The notes beneath the pieces are model-generated. The model ran no database searches and was not told the origin of the DNA. It worked only from the letters and a program-made list of their open reading frames with translations. This document shows, in pieces, positions 42,762-52,283 of a DNA stretch of 64,000 bases. A program made the translations under genes and the position numbers. Origin of the DNA: Ignavibacteriota bacterium (lineage in GTDB: Bacteria > Bacteroidota > Ignavibacteria > Palsa-1295); NCBI GenBank assembly GCA_963787835.1, contig CAWBEI010000003.1, positions 384,001 through 448,000 of the forward strand, in the 5' to 3' direction. Numbering within the stretch: the stretch's first letter is position 1; every line of letters begins with the position of its first letter.

Positions 42762-43010
42762 CTATCCTTCTTTATCCGGTTTGAATCTGCGATCGAAAAA
42801 CGCATTATGAACCGTTTCTCCGTCTTCGAGTAAAACAACGCGGAGATACCTATTGTTTGCTTCGGCTATCTTGCCCCATTTTCGAATCCGTCCATCGTTT
42901 TGGATCACTTCTGATACCGGGAAATGAATGACCCGCTCGATCCATTCCTGCTTGATCCAGGCGCGGTCAGGCTCGATCCACCGGGCGAGGAAGTAGTCCG
43001 TTGCTTTCAT
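42762..43010 (-). CDS. RelE/DUF4258-like putative toxin
   Basis: Q.DGRIR.W..I......LRVVLLEDGETVHNAFFDR. Confidence 0.75.
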   Translation of the reverse strand: MKATDYFLARWIEPDRAWIKQEWIERVIHFPVSEVIQNDGRIRKWGKIAEANNRYLRVVLLEDGETVHNAFFDRRFKPDKEG

Positions 43011-43065
43011 GTGGTTAGAAAACAATTAATCCGCGACATTTGTCCTTTTCTCTAATGGATCTTAA

Positions 43066-43116
43066 TCCACGGCGCAGATGGAACCGGAGCGAGAACGTGG
43101 TGAAGATAGAGCATTA
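43066..43116 (+). repeat. second, degenerate copy of the T9SS-CTD tail (direct repeat of 42491-42543)
   Basis: tccacggcgcaga-tggaaccggagcgagaacgtggtgaagat versus tccacggcgcagaatggaacctgagcgggaacgtggtgaagat. Confidence 0.85.
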
Positions 43117-43120
43117 ATAA

Positions 43121-43148
43121 TGTACACCGGGTTTTAACCCGGTGTACA
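43121..43148. repeat. REP-like palindrome
   Basis: tgtacaccgggtt-tt-aacccggtgtaca. Confidence 0.65.
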
Positions 43149-43160
43149 CAAGAGTAAATA

Positions 43161-43192
43161 AAAAAACGGGCTTGGTGCACCAAGCCCGTTTT
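43161..43192 (-). terminator. intrinsic terminator of the Cys-rich peptide unit
   Basis: aaaacgggcttggt / accaagcccgtttt with an A-tract on the left, giving a U-tract on the minus strand. Confidence 0.8.
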
Positions 43193-43249
43193 GAATTATA
43201 TCCGAGAGATCCGCGTCATCCATTTGAATCCGCGTAATCCCGGTTCTGA

Positions 43250-43438
43250 CTATTTCGTGCAGCAGCAGTCGCAGCCTTCGACGCATGGCGTGTTTGGCGA
43301 GCATTTGTCGCCGCACTTGCAATCGCAGCATGCGGATTTTGCTTTGACCGGCGCATTCGTTGCTGGAGTGTTACTGGCAAAGCTGGTTGCCGTCAACGTA
43401 AATAAAAGACCCGAGATGAAAACTAAAAGCTTCTTCAT
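43250..43438 (-). CDS. secreted Cys-rich metallothionein-like peptide (62 aa, 10 Cys)
   Basis: Sec signal MKKLLVFISGLLFTLTATSFA followed by ...CCDCKCGDKC....C...CDCCCTK. Confidence 0.78.
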   Translation of the reverse strand: MKKLLVFISGLLFTLTATSFASNTPATNAPVKAKSACCDCKCGDKCSPNTPCVEGCDCCCTK

Positions 43439-43464
43439 GTTTGTGCTTGAAAAAATTGATTTAT

Positions 43465-43518
43465 AAAAAGTGAACTGACGTTCGTGAAAGGAACGAAGAT
43501 GTTTCCCGCCGTCACTTT
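43465..43518 (-). promoter_or_regulatory. attenuator-like stem-loop overlapping the upstream stop codon
   Basis: Minus strand: AAAGUGA-CGGCG...UUCGU-loop-ACGAA-CGUCAG-U-UCACUUUUU. Confidence 0.5.
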
Positions 43519-43876
43519 AAATCCTCAACACAATGGTCCGCAATAATTCCAGGGCAGGCGGCCGGAACTCCGGCGGTAACCGGGAACGCAATAGAAAGAT
43601 ACTGTTCGATCGAATTCCAGACGGGAACTCGACCGGTGAAAAAAAGAAGGAAGGAAGAACGGACCGTGGTCTGGTTACGATCGAACCGACGGCAGCAACG
43701 TTGGTGTAATTGGTAGCAGGCTTACAGCATTGGCATCCGGTCGCGCAACAATTTTTCTCGCAGGCACAAGCTTTCTTTTCCATGCACTGACATTCTGTCG
43801 TGACCACGCCAATAGTGGAAACGCCCAGACACAGGCTAAGGATAAATGAAAAGAATTTAGAGAAATACATCCTCAT
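43517..43876 (-). CDS. HYC_CC_PP / DUF2946(CruR)-like Cys-rich leader protein
   Basis: N-terminal TM, CxC..CxC..CC..CxCC cluster, C-terminal RLPPEFRPP...VLRI*; ATG at 43876. Confidence 0.7.
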   Translation of the reverse strand: MRMYFSKFFSFILSLCLGVSTIGVVTTECQCMEKKACACEKNCCATGCQCCKPATNYTNVAAVGSIVTRPRSVLPSFFFSPVEFPSGIRSNSIFLLRSRLPPEFRPPALELLRTIVLRI

Positions 43877-44027
43877 ATTTATAAAACAAGATTGTAGCCT
43901 GGATACGTTCACGATACCCCCAATTGAGCGCCAATTCTGAAACATCACTCATGCCGAATCGTAGCCAGTATGAGGTAAAGTTCATCTAACTCTTTTCCCC
44001 AATACTCTCATATTATTTGATACGTTC

Positions 44028-45134
44028 TTGACGGGTTCGAACAACAGAGAAATTCAGGAACACCAGCCGTCCGGTGTTCGGTGGTCGCTTGCGCGAATAT
44101 CGCTCGTCAGCATGGGAGCGGTCGTCGCAATTGGCGGCATCGCGGTAGCATTGGATCATTATTCGATCATCCCGATCCATCGTATTGGAGGAGAGAATCG
44201 GCTTGTGTTTCGTCTGGATGCCCCGTTTGGCTCGGTCGATCTCCGCGCCGGCGCCGGGACTAATGATGTCGCAACTGTTGAGACGCTCGCGGAACAAGGA
44301 GACAACCACAATCCACAATGGTCATACGGCCTTAAAAATGGCTCGATAGGAATGCTCCGCATCGGTATTGGTACTGATGAAGGTATGATCGCGCAACCAC
44401 CAATCGCGATGTGGGAAACGAATTCCGGTTTTTCCCCTGCTGTTGCTTATGCGCCTCAGCCGGACTGGGGCGCGGCCTGCCCGCCGTCGTTCTTTTCATT
44501 CTCTATGCCTTCGATTCCCTCCGGACAGGGGTGGTATCCTCAAATGCGAGTGGTTTCTACCGACGCTGGCACTGTGATCGTCCCACAAGCAAAAGCCAGT
44601 ACAAGGATCACGCTTACAAAGGATCTTCCCATGGACATCGATGCCAACCTCGGCTTCGGAGAATCCACGGTGGATCTCACCGGGTTACCGATCACGAATG
44701 CTTCGATCGAAACAGGTGCTTCAAGGGTCCAAGTCTGCTGCAACGCTATGAACCCAGTGGCACTTCACAATTGCCGCGTGCGTGCCGGTATTGGCCCATG
44801 CACATTTTGTGGACTCTCTAATCTCAATGCAGATAACCTCAACTTTCATGGTGCGTTAGGCAGCTATCAACTCGGGTTTGAGGGAAAACTGGCCCATAAC
44901 ATGGATGCGATCGTCGATGTTGGCATTGGGATGTGTTCCATCACCATTCCTGCAACGGCTTGCAGGGTGCAAGTTTTCTATGAAGACGGTATATTCAGTT
45001 CATTCTCGTTCCCCGGTTTAGCCTATCGGCGTCCGGGCTATGAATCCAGCGTTGGGTTCGAACGGTCAAACAGCCCCATTCTTACGCTCCACCTTTCGAG
45101 CGGTGCCGGAAAGATCTCGGTGAACTACCATTGA
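44028..45134 (+). CDS. membrane-anchored toast-rack/LiaF-like beta-strand repeat protein
   Basis: TM near the N-terminus; repeated L..G.G...VDL.GL, V.VG.G...I.IP, LSSGAGKISV. Confidence 0.65.
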   Translation: MTGSNNREIQEHQPSGVRWSLARISLVSMGAVVAIGGIAVALDHYSIIPIHRIGGENRLVFRLDAPFGSVDLRAGAGTNDVATVETLAEQGDNHNPQWSYGLKNGSIGMLRIGIGTDEGMIAQPPIAMWETNSGFSPAVAYAPQPDWGAACPPSFFSFSMPSIPSGQGWYPQMRVVSTDAGTVIVPQAKASTRITLTKDLPMDIDANLGFGESTVDLTGLPITNASIETGASRVQVCCNAMNPVALHNCRVRAGIGPCTFCGLSNLNADNLNFHGALGSYQLGFEGKLAHNMDAIVDVGIGMCSITIPATACRVQVFYEDGIFSSFSFPGLAYRRPGYESSVGFERSNSPILTLHLSSGAGKISVNYH

Positions 45135-45279
45135 GCTGAAAAACGCACTAATACTACCAATAATATTCTTAAATAATACTTGCCGGATACTTGTTATGAC
45201 ATCCAAATCGTGGGGTTGCATTAGCGTGCTGTATTCGGTTTGCTCGACCTCCAAGAGTGAATCTTAAACAAAAGAAGCA

Positions 45280-47088
45280 ATGAGCTCTTCCTCCTTTGTT
45301 CGAAATCTTGCGTGTTTTACGCTGCTTTTTTTGATGTCCACCGCGTCATTAGCGGGTACGGGGCAGCAAACTTCTATTGTTCGGCAATATCCGCTTTCTG
45401 GTGCAGCTGAAGTTTCAACTGTGACAATGATCGGTATTACTGCCAATGACAGATTTTCAGAAAACCAGGTCTCGGAAAGTTTTTACGTTCTTGGATCGAA
45501 ATCGGGACGTCACTTTGGCCAGGTTCGTCTTTCGCTCGATGAAAAGACGATTATCTTCACCCCATCCGCAAAGTTCGACCTGAATGAGACCGTTTCCGTA
45601 GAATTCTCCTCTTCGCTCGCAGAAGGCCAGATCATTCGCGATACCTTCTCGTTCACCACCATCCGTCAGGACTTCTATAACACAGCCATTGGGAACTCTT
45701 CAGGGTTAGCGCTCTCAACCAAAAGCGTTTTGGATTCCGGTATGGTGTTAACTGAACCTCCTCCACCCGATTCCATGGGTTGGAACCAGGCCTGGACCGC
45801 CAATGTGAATAACAATCCCGAGCCTGGCAGGATCTTCGTTGCACTCTCGACACCAACGCCGTTCAATAACCTTCTCTGCATCATGGATCAGAATGGATAT
45901 TTGCTCGATTCTATTTACGAGCGCAATTGCTTCAATTTCCAACTCCAGACCAATGGAGAGATGACCTTCTTTAGCGTGGGTGACTCCGTGTTCTATGCAC
46001 TGGATACGAACAAGCACATCATCGATACCTTCGCTGCCGTTAATGGTTGTAAGGCCGATGGCCACGAACTGATCGTGTTCCCCGATGGAAGCTATGCACT
46101 GATAGGCATTGCATATTATACGGAGGATCTCTCAAAAATATTCCCAGACTCATCAGGTACTAAAATTGTAATTGGGAGCGTGTTGCAACGGTTCGATGCG
46201 AAGAAAAATCTGGTGTTCGAGTGGCGTGGAATAGACCATTACGCACTCACCGATGGACTTCCGTTCTATGCTGAAAGTCCGGTGTATGATTTCGAACATG
46301 CGAACTCGATCGATGTCGATTCCAACGGTAACTATCTTCTCTCCAATCGAAGCTCCAGCGAGATCACACAGATCGCTGGCACCACCGGCGACATCCTCTG
46401 GCGTTTTGGAGGGCCTCATAATCAATTTTTGGTGATCGGAGATACCCTCGGCGGCATGAGCTGCCAGCATGATGCACATTGGGGCCCACATTCGCATATC
46501 CTTGCCTTCGATAACGGTGTGTTCCACCCAACTCAGGAGAGCAGAGCCGTAGAGTATGCAATGGATACGGTCAATCATACTGCCACGCTGGTTTGGCAAT
46601 TTCATCACTCGCCTGCTGTTTTTTCCGGATCCATGGGCTCTGTTCAGAAGCTCGAAAATGGCAATTACTTTATCGGCTGGGGATTCGAAGAGTCTGAGAC
46701 CATGACCGAAGTTGCACAGGATAGTAACGTGATCTTGGATCTTGTGGGGCCGATCGTGATCTCCTATCGAGCATTGAAATACCCCCTCCCAACTTCAACC
46801 GGACTTCAAAACGTCTCGACAACGCCTGCCACATCAGGACTCTCGTTCAGTGCAACTCCAGTTCAAAATGGGTTTGACCTGACCGTCAGCACACCTGATC
46901 CTTCTGTATCTGCCATCACGCTCTCGGATGCGACGGGAAGAATAGTTTCTCGTATTTTCAGTGGCACCTTGACGGGCGGCGAGCAGCACATTTCATTTTC
47001 TACCAGCACCCTCGCTTCGGGTGCATATTTCTGCCAACTGCATACGGCCGAAGGCGATGCCATGCTTCCTCTGATGATTCTTCACTAA
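45280..47088 (+). CDS. aryl-sulfate sulfotransferase (ASST) with Ig-like N-domain and T9SS CTD
   Basis: DGHEL, FEHANSID, LSNR, QHDA, FDNG, MGSVQKL, SYRA; LASGAYF CTD. Confidence 0.82.
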   Translation: MSSSSFVRNLACFTLLFLMSTASLAGTGQQTSIVRQYPLSGAAEVSTVTMIGITANDRFSENQVSESFYVLGSKSGRHFGQVRLSLDEKTIIFTPSAKFDLNETVSVEFSSSLAEGQIIRDTFSFTTIRQDFYNTAIGNSSGLALSTKSVLDSGMVLTEPPPPDSMGWNQAWTANVNNNPEPGRIFVALSTPTPFNNLLCIMDQNGYLLDSIYERNCFNFQLQTNGEMTFFSVGDSVFYALDTNKHIIDTFAAVNGCKADGHELIVFPDGSYALIGIAYYTEDLSKIFPDSSGTKIVIGSVLQRFDAKKNLVFEWRGIDHYALTDGLPFYAESPVYDFEHANSIDVDSNGNYLLSNRSSSEITQIAGTTGDILWRFGGPHNQFLVIGDTLGGMSCQHDAHWGPHSHILAFDNGVFHPTQESRAVEYAMDTVNHTATLVWQFHHSPAVFSGSMGSVQKLENGNYFIGWGFEESETMTEVAQDSNVILDLVGPIVISYRALKYPLPTSTGLQNVSTTPATSGLSFSATPVQNGFDLTVSTPDPSVSAITLSDATGRIVSRIFSGTLTGGEQHISFSTSTLASGAYFCQLHTAEGDAMLPLMILH

Positions 47089-47301
47089 GCAGAAAAGCGA
47101 ACCGGTGTTGTGAAATTGGGCGCATGCTACTCGTATGGATGTGTCATTTCTTTATTTTTAAATATTTTTTTTGATTGAAGTCTATTAAAACATATTACTA
47201 TTTAAAATACTTTTAATTCCTTGTTATAGATTTCGTCGGCCGGGGTTTAATTGTTAGCGGTTTCCTCAAACTCGTTCAGGGTCTTACTTTTTCGTTTTGC
47301 T

Positions 47302-49125
47302 ATGGCACTCTTGTCCGTCCGATGCTTCGCCGTATTTTGTCTTTTAGTGGTCTTTGGGTCACCCCTTGTTGCGGGATCTGGAACCCATCCACTGATCCTG
47401 CGACAATACCCAATACCGGGAGCCAAAGAAGTATCGACACTGACTTCGATCGGCATTACGGCCAGCGTACCGTTCGCTCTTCCATCGAAATCCGAAAGTT
47501 TTATCGTCATTGGATCCCAGTCGGGGCTTCATGGTGGGCTCGTTCATCTGTCGAAGGACAAGAGAACGATCATCTTCGAAGCCTCCACACCATTCGATCT
47601 GAATGAATTGGTACAAGTTGTGCTTTCTTCCGCACTTTCGGAGGGTACCACAATCCGAGATACCTTCACCTTTACCACAATGCGCGACGAGCAAATGCGC
47701 TACGAGCGGAGCGCCACGTTTGCGACTCATTCTCCCCTTGGAAAAATGGTCGTGGATAACGTGGAGGATTCGATCCCGCCACCTCCTCCTCCGCCACCGC
47801 CGGACTCCATGCAATGGGCAATCGACTGGTCACCCGCGATCGATAATAACCCTACACCCGGCCGAATCTTTATCGCTACAAACACTCCCGTCCCGGCCTA
47901 TAATAATTTCCTTTTCATCCTGGATCAGGACGGGAAACTTCTCGATTATCATTTCGCCCCTTTTGCCTTTAATTTCGAGCTGCAGCCAAACGGCGAAATG
48001 ACCTATTATAGCCCCACGGGATCGTGGTACTATGGTGTGGATTCGGGCTTCAATGTTCTGGACACCTTCGCGGCGATCAACGGATGTACTACCGATGAAC
48101 ACGATATTGAAGTGCATTCGGATGGGAGCTACATCGTCCTCGGAAGAGCCTTGTACACAGAAGACCTCTCTCAAGTATTTCCCGATTCCACAGGTACGAT
48201 CACCGTCATCGGTAATGTGTTGCAAAGCTTCGACTCAGATAAAAACCTGGTCTTCGAATGGCGCGGAATTGACCATTACACACTCTCCGACGGCCTTCCC
48301 TACTATGTCCCCGCCGAGAACTTCGATTTCGAACATGCTAACTCGATCGATGTCGATACCAGCGGCAACTATTTACTTTCTAACCGCAGCTTTAGTGAGA
48401 TCACCCAGATCGATGCCACAACAGGCAACATCGTATGGCGCTTTGGTGGGCCACATAACCAATTCCTCCTCGTTGGCGACACCTTAGGACTCAGCGGCCA
48501 GCACGATGCGAAATGGTCTCCAAGTTCTACCCTTCTGGCGTTCGATAACGGGAACTTCCATCCCGATGCCGAAAGCAGAGCGGTCGAATTTGCGATAGAC
48601 ACCACGGATCATACCGCAACACTCCTGTGGCAATTCCATCATAATCCAGCTATATCCTCAGGCTCTATGGGATCCGTCGAGCGGCTTCCCAACGGAAATA
48701 CATTCATTGGCTGGGGGTTGAGCGTTCAAAATGCGATGACGGAAGTAACACCCGGCGATACCGTCATTTTTGATCTCAAAGGCCCAACGGTTGTCTCCTA
48801 TCGTGCCTTGAAGTATCCGCCATTAGTATCGGTATCGAGTATGTCCGGTGTAGCAGCAATCGAAACCCCATCAGGTTTATCCTTACATGCTACGCAGGTA
48901 CAAGATGGATATGAGTTAACAGTGAATGCAAATGCTTCATCCAATTCTTCGATCACCCTTTCGGATGCAGCCGGAAGGATAGTATTACACATCTTCGATG
49001 GGGCACTCATGCCAGGCGAACACCATATTTCATTTTCCACAGCGCAGCTTGCTTCGGGAGCCTACTTCTGCCATCTGCATTGCGGCGAAGGCGATACCAT
49101 GCTTCCACTGCTCGTTTCACACTAA
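47302..49125 (+). CDS. second ASST paralog with T9SS CTD
   Basis: Colinear with 45280-47088; DEHDI, FEHANSID, QHDA, SYRA; poly-Pro linker. Confidence 0.82.
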   Translation: MALLSVRCFAVFCLLVVFGSPLVAGSGTHPLILRQYPIPGAKEVSTLTSIGITASVPFALPSKSESFIVIGSQSGLHGGLVHLSKDKRTIIFEASTPFDLNELVQVVLSSALSEGTTIRDTFTFTTMRDEQMRYERSATFATHSPLGKMVVDNVEDSIPPPPPPPPPDSMQWAIDWSPAIDNNPTPGRIFIATNTPVPAYNNFLFILDQDGKLLDYHFAPFAFNFELQPNGEMTYYSPTGSWYYGVDSGFNVLDTFAAINGCTTDEHDIEVHSDGSYIVLGRALYTEDLSQVFPDSTGTITVIGNVLQSFDSDKNLVFEWRGIDHYTLSDGLPYYVPAENFDFEHANSIDVDTSGNYLLSNRSFSEITQIDATTGNIVWRFGGPHNQFLLVGDTLGLSGQHDAKWSPSSTLLAFDNGNFHPDAESRAVEFAIDTTDHTATLLWQFHHNPAISSGSMGSVERLPNGNTFIGWGLSVQNAMTEVTPGDTVIFDLKGPTVVSYRALKYPPLVSVSSMSGVAAIETPSGLSLHATQVQDGYELTVNANASSNSSITLSDAAGRIVLHIFDGALMPGEHHISFSTAQLASGAYFCHLHCGEGDTMLPLLVSH

Positions 49126-49219
49126 AGAAAAGCGAACCGAGGTTCAGGCTTCGCGGTTGTGTTTCTCCACCTGAGATTGGCTCAGGTAACAACCTATTTT
49201 TTAGAATTCCAATCGACTG

Positions 49220-50395
49220 ATGTCATATCTTTTTACTTCCGAATCTGTATCCGAAGGCCATCCAGACAAAGTAGCCGACCAAATTTCCGACGCCGTACTC
49301 GACGCCATTCTCGCGCAGGATCCGAACTCCCGCGTGGCGTGCGAAACATTCGTTACCACCGGCCTCGTCATTGTTGGCGGTGAAGTTACCACGAACTCCT
49401 ACGTGAATGTTGCGGAAGTAGCACGGGAAGTCATTGCGCGCATTGGCTATACAAAAGCAGAGTACCGTTTCGATTCGGAATCCTGTGGCGTCATGACCTC
49501 TATCCATTCTCAGTCCCCGGATATTGCTATGGGTGTCGATACCGGTGGCGCCGGCGATCAGGGAATGATGTTCGGCTACGCGACCGACGAAACGCCGGAA
49601 TACATGCCGACAGCGATCCATTATGCACACAAGCTTATGGAGCGCCTCGCGGATGTGCGAAAGAATCATCCGAAGCTGATGCCCTATCTTCGCCCGGATG
49701 CCAAAAGCCAGGTTACCATTGAATATGAAGGCCGCACACCCGTCCGTGTACATACCGTCGTTATCTCCACGCAGCACGATCCCCATGTGACGCAGGCGCA
49801 AATCCGGTCGGATGTTATTAAGCATGTGATCGATCAAGTGATCCCGCTAAAATTGCGCGATTCCGGTATGATCATTCACGTCAACCCAACCGGCAATTTT
49901 GAAATTGGCGGACCCCACGGCGATACCGGACTCACCGGACGCAAGATCATCGTAGATACCTATGGTGGCCGCGCACCGCACGGCGGCGGAGCGTTTTCCG
50001 GAAAAGATCCCTCGAAGGTCGATCGCTCGGCAGCGTATGCAGCGCGCCATGTGGCAAAGAATATCGTCGCTGCAAAGCTTGCGCATGAATGCACGGTACA
50101 GCTTGCCTACGCGATCGGTATTGCCGAGCCTGTTTCGATCAACGTCGATACGCATGGCACAGGAAAACTTCCCGACTCTGAACTCGAAGAGATCATTCGC
50201 AAGAACGTCGATCTCACGCCGCGCGGCATCATCTCTCGATTAGATCTGAAGCGCCCCATTTATCAGGCTACCGCAGCCTACGGTCACTTTGGCCGCGAAG
50301 GTTTCTCCTGGGAGAAACTCGATCTCGTTGAAGATTTCAAGAAGGCTGGAGCCCATGCATTTTCGACCAATGGGATGATGGCGGTAGCGGTGTAA
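49220..50395 (+). CDS. metK: S-adenosylmethionine synthetase
   Basis: [47 protein letters not shown]. Confidence 0.97.
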   Translation: MSYLFTSESVSEGHPDKVADQISDAVLDAILAQDPNSRVACETFVTTGLVIVGGEVTTNSYVNVAEVAREVIARIGYTKAEYRFDSESCGVMTSIHSQSPDIAMGVDTGGAGDQGMMFGYATDETPEYMPTAIHYAHKLMERLADVRKNHPKLMPYLRPDAKSQVTIEYEGRTPVRVHTVVISTQHDPHVTQAQIRSDVIKHVIDQVIPLKLRDSGMIIHVNPTGNFEIGGPHGDTGLTGRKIIVDTYGGRAPHGGGAFSGKDPSKVDRSAAYAARHVAKNIVAAKLAHECTVQLAYAIGIAEPVSINVDTHGTGKLPDSELEEIIRKNVDLTPRGIISRLDLKRPIYQATAAYGHFGREGFSWEKLDLVEDFKKAGAHAFSTNGMMAVAV

Positions 50396-50407
50396 TGTAA
50401 TTATGTG

Positions 50408-51347
50408 ATGCGTACTTTACGCATATTGGCCTTCCTATTATTCGCGGTTGTGCTTCATGCGCAATCCCGAGGGAAGGTTGCGATTATTGCGCCGGGTCAA
50501 TCGTCGCTCATTTCACTAATTACGGCAGATGTAATCGAACCTATCGTCGCTGATACAATCAGTACTGTCCTTCCAACTGATCTCAACCAGTACGATGCAC
50601 TGTTTATTAAGCCGTGGGAACCGTCTGACATGCTCGATAGTGCAATGCAGACAGAGCTTGTTAATTACATAGACAGCGGCGGAAAGCTCTATGTTGAGGG
50701 TTCAGAAAATGTTATTGATTCGAACAGATACCTCTAATCCATTTTGGCTGCGCGTCGGAGTAAAAGGTAATACTTATACCGCGCTCGAGTTCTCTGTTAA
50801 TTCCGTGCATGGGACGCAAGGGTTCACACAGAACATTTGGGATAGTCTTCCGCTCGATTTGTATCAAAGTGGTTATGGTGGTCCAGGGGGTAACATTACC
50901 CCAGTACTGGTGGCCGATGGGGGCGGTTGGATGATTCAACAACTGGCGTACATCTCAGAGGATACTTCTCTGAGGGTCGTCGTGTATGATGGCATAGGAG
51001 AGGAAAGTTATCCTGGCACCTATTACTCTGAATTTATCTCCGACGTCGTCTGTAACTATTTCAATCTCTGCTCTGCATCTGTGAAAACTGCACCGCTTGC
51101 TGTTACTCCGGAAAATATTTCCATCGTTCACGATTCGAGGGATAATGGGTATTCGGTTTCCGGTGATTTTACAACTGGCGGCGAAGTATCTGTTTTCAAC
51201 TCACTCGGAATTAACATTTGGAGCACAAATGTTCAAGCCGGAGAGAATGTAGTTGGATTACCTGCTACATTAAGAAATGGATTTTATTTTGTCTCTGTCC
51301 GGAGTGGAGATCACATCAACGTCGCTCGGTTTTCAATTTTAAATTAA
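50408..51347 (+). CDS. T9SS cargo protein, apparently frameshifted at ~50723
   Basis: Signal peptide in ORF 50405-50737, CTD (FNSLG...LRNGFYFV) in ORF 50691-51347; removing one A in tcgaaca fuses them. Confidence 0.7.
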
Positions 51348-51371
51348 TTCATCACTTTAAGAAATCACATC

Positions 51372-51716
51372 ATGGCAAATAACGACCAACAAACAAAAAT
51401 GAAGTGGTACCATTATGTCGCCTATTTCTTTGGCGGCGCGTTCCTCGCTAACTGCATTCCGCACCTTGTCAATGGTGTTTCGGGCAATCCGTTTCAGAGT
51501 CCGTTCGCCACTCCGCCTGGGGAGGGCCTATCGTCATCGACGATAAATGTGCTGTGGGGATTGTTGAACTTGCTGGTGGGGTATCTTCTCATCGGTCGAG
51601 TTGGCACGTTCGATCACAAGCGAACGATTCACTTCTTACTGTTCGCTGTTGGCTTTGTTCTGATGGCCGTTATGCTCGCGCACGCGTTCGGGAAGTTCCA
51701 TGGCGGACTGTTGTAG
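51372..51716 (+). CDS. conserved hypothetical membrane protein
   Basis: Three TM segments; FL.N.IPHLV.G.SG.PFQSPFA.PPG.GLSS. Confidence 0.75.
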   Translation: MANNDQQTKMKWYHYVAYFFGGAFLANCIPHLVNGVSGNPFQSPFATPPGEGLSSSTINVLWGLLNLLVGYLLIGRVGTFDHKRTIHFLLFAVGFVLMAVMLAHAFGKFHGGLL

Positions 51717-51725
51717 TGCCCGTTT

Positions 51726-52283
51726 TTACTTCCATTTCCCCTTCGCTTCATCCCAATTCTTAAACATCATTGACTCGATGGGCCGCGAGGAGCGTACCCG
51801 ATATTTTGCGTCCGATTTATGGCTGTAAGGAATGGCAACCTCACCTGAGGTTTCGAAATAAATAAGCTGTCCGATCGGCATTCCGGGATAAATACGAACA
51901 GGTTGGCGAACAGATATTTCGAGCGTCCACGCATTGCAAAAACCGACATCGCCCTTGCCTGCCGTGGCATGAATATCAATGCCAAGCCTTCCCACACTCG
52001 ATTTTCCTTCCAAGAATGGGACGTGCTTGTGGGTTTCGGTATATTCTTCCGTCAAACCAAGATACAGCGTGTCGGGTTTGAGTACCATCCCCTCTTCTGG
52101 AATTTCAATATACTCAACTTCATTCTGCTTTTTCGAATCAAGAACTTTATCTTTATAAACAGCAAGCGTTTTGCCAAGATGCACATCGTAGCTGTTGGTT
52201 CCCAAACATTCCGATCGGAATGGGTCGATAACGATGGAGCCATCGTTCATTGATTGCAGGATTTGTGTATCAGTGAGTATCAT
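51726..52283 (-). CDS. dcd: dCTP deaminase
   Basis: NSYDVHL, GKSSVGRLG, TLEIS, YPGMPIGQL. Confidence 0.93.
   Translation of the reverse strand: MILTDTQILQSMNDGSIVIDPFRSECLGTNSYDVHLGKTLAVYKDKVLDSKKQNEVEYIEIPEEGMVLKPDTLYLGLTEEYTETHKHVPFLEGKSSVGRLGIDIHATAGKGDVGFCNAWTLEISVRQPVRIYPGMPIGQLIYFETSGEVAIPYSHKSDAKYRVRSSRPIESMMFKNWDEAKGKWK

Noticed and set aside
42491-43116. Diversity-generating retroelement TR/VR pair
   Set aside because: Repeats are short, include an indel and non-adenine differences, and no reverse transcriptase is present.
49126-49219. SAM riboswitch before metK
   Set aside because: Only ~94 bp intergenic, with no SAM-I or SAM-II consensus visible.
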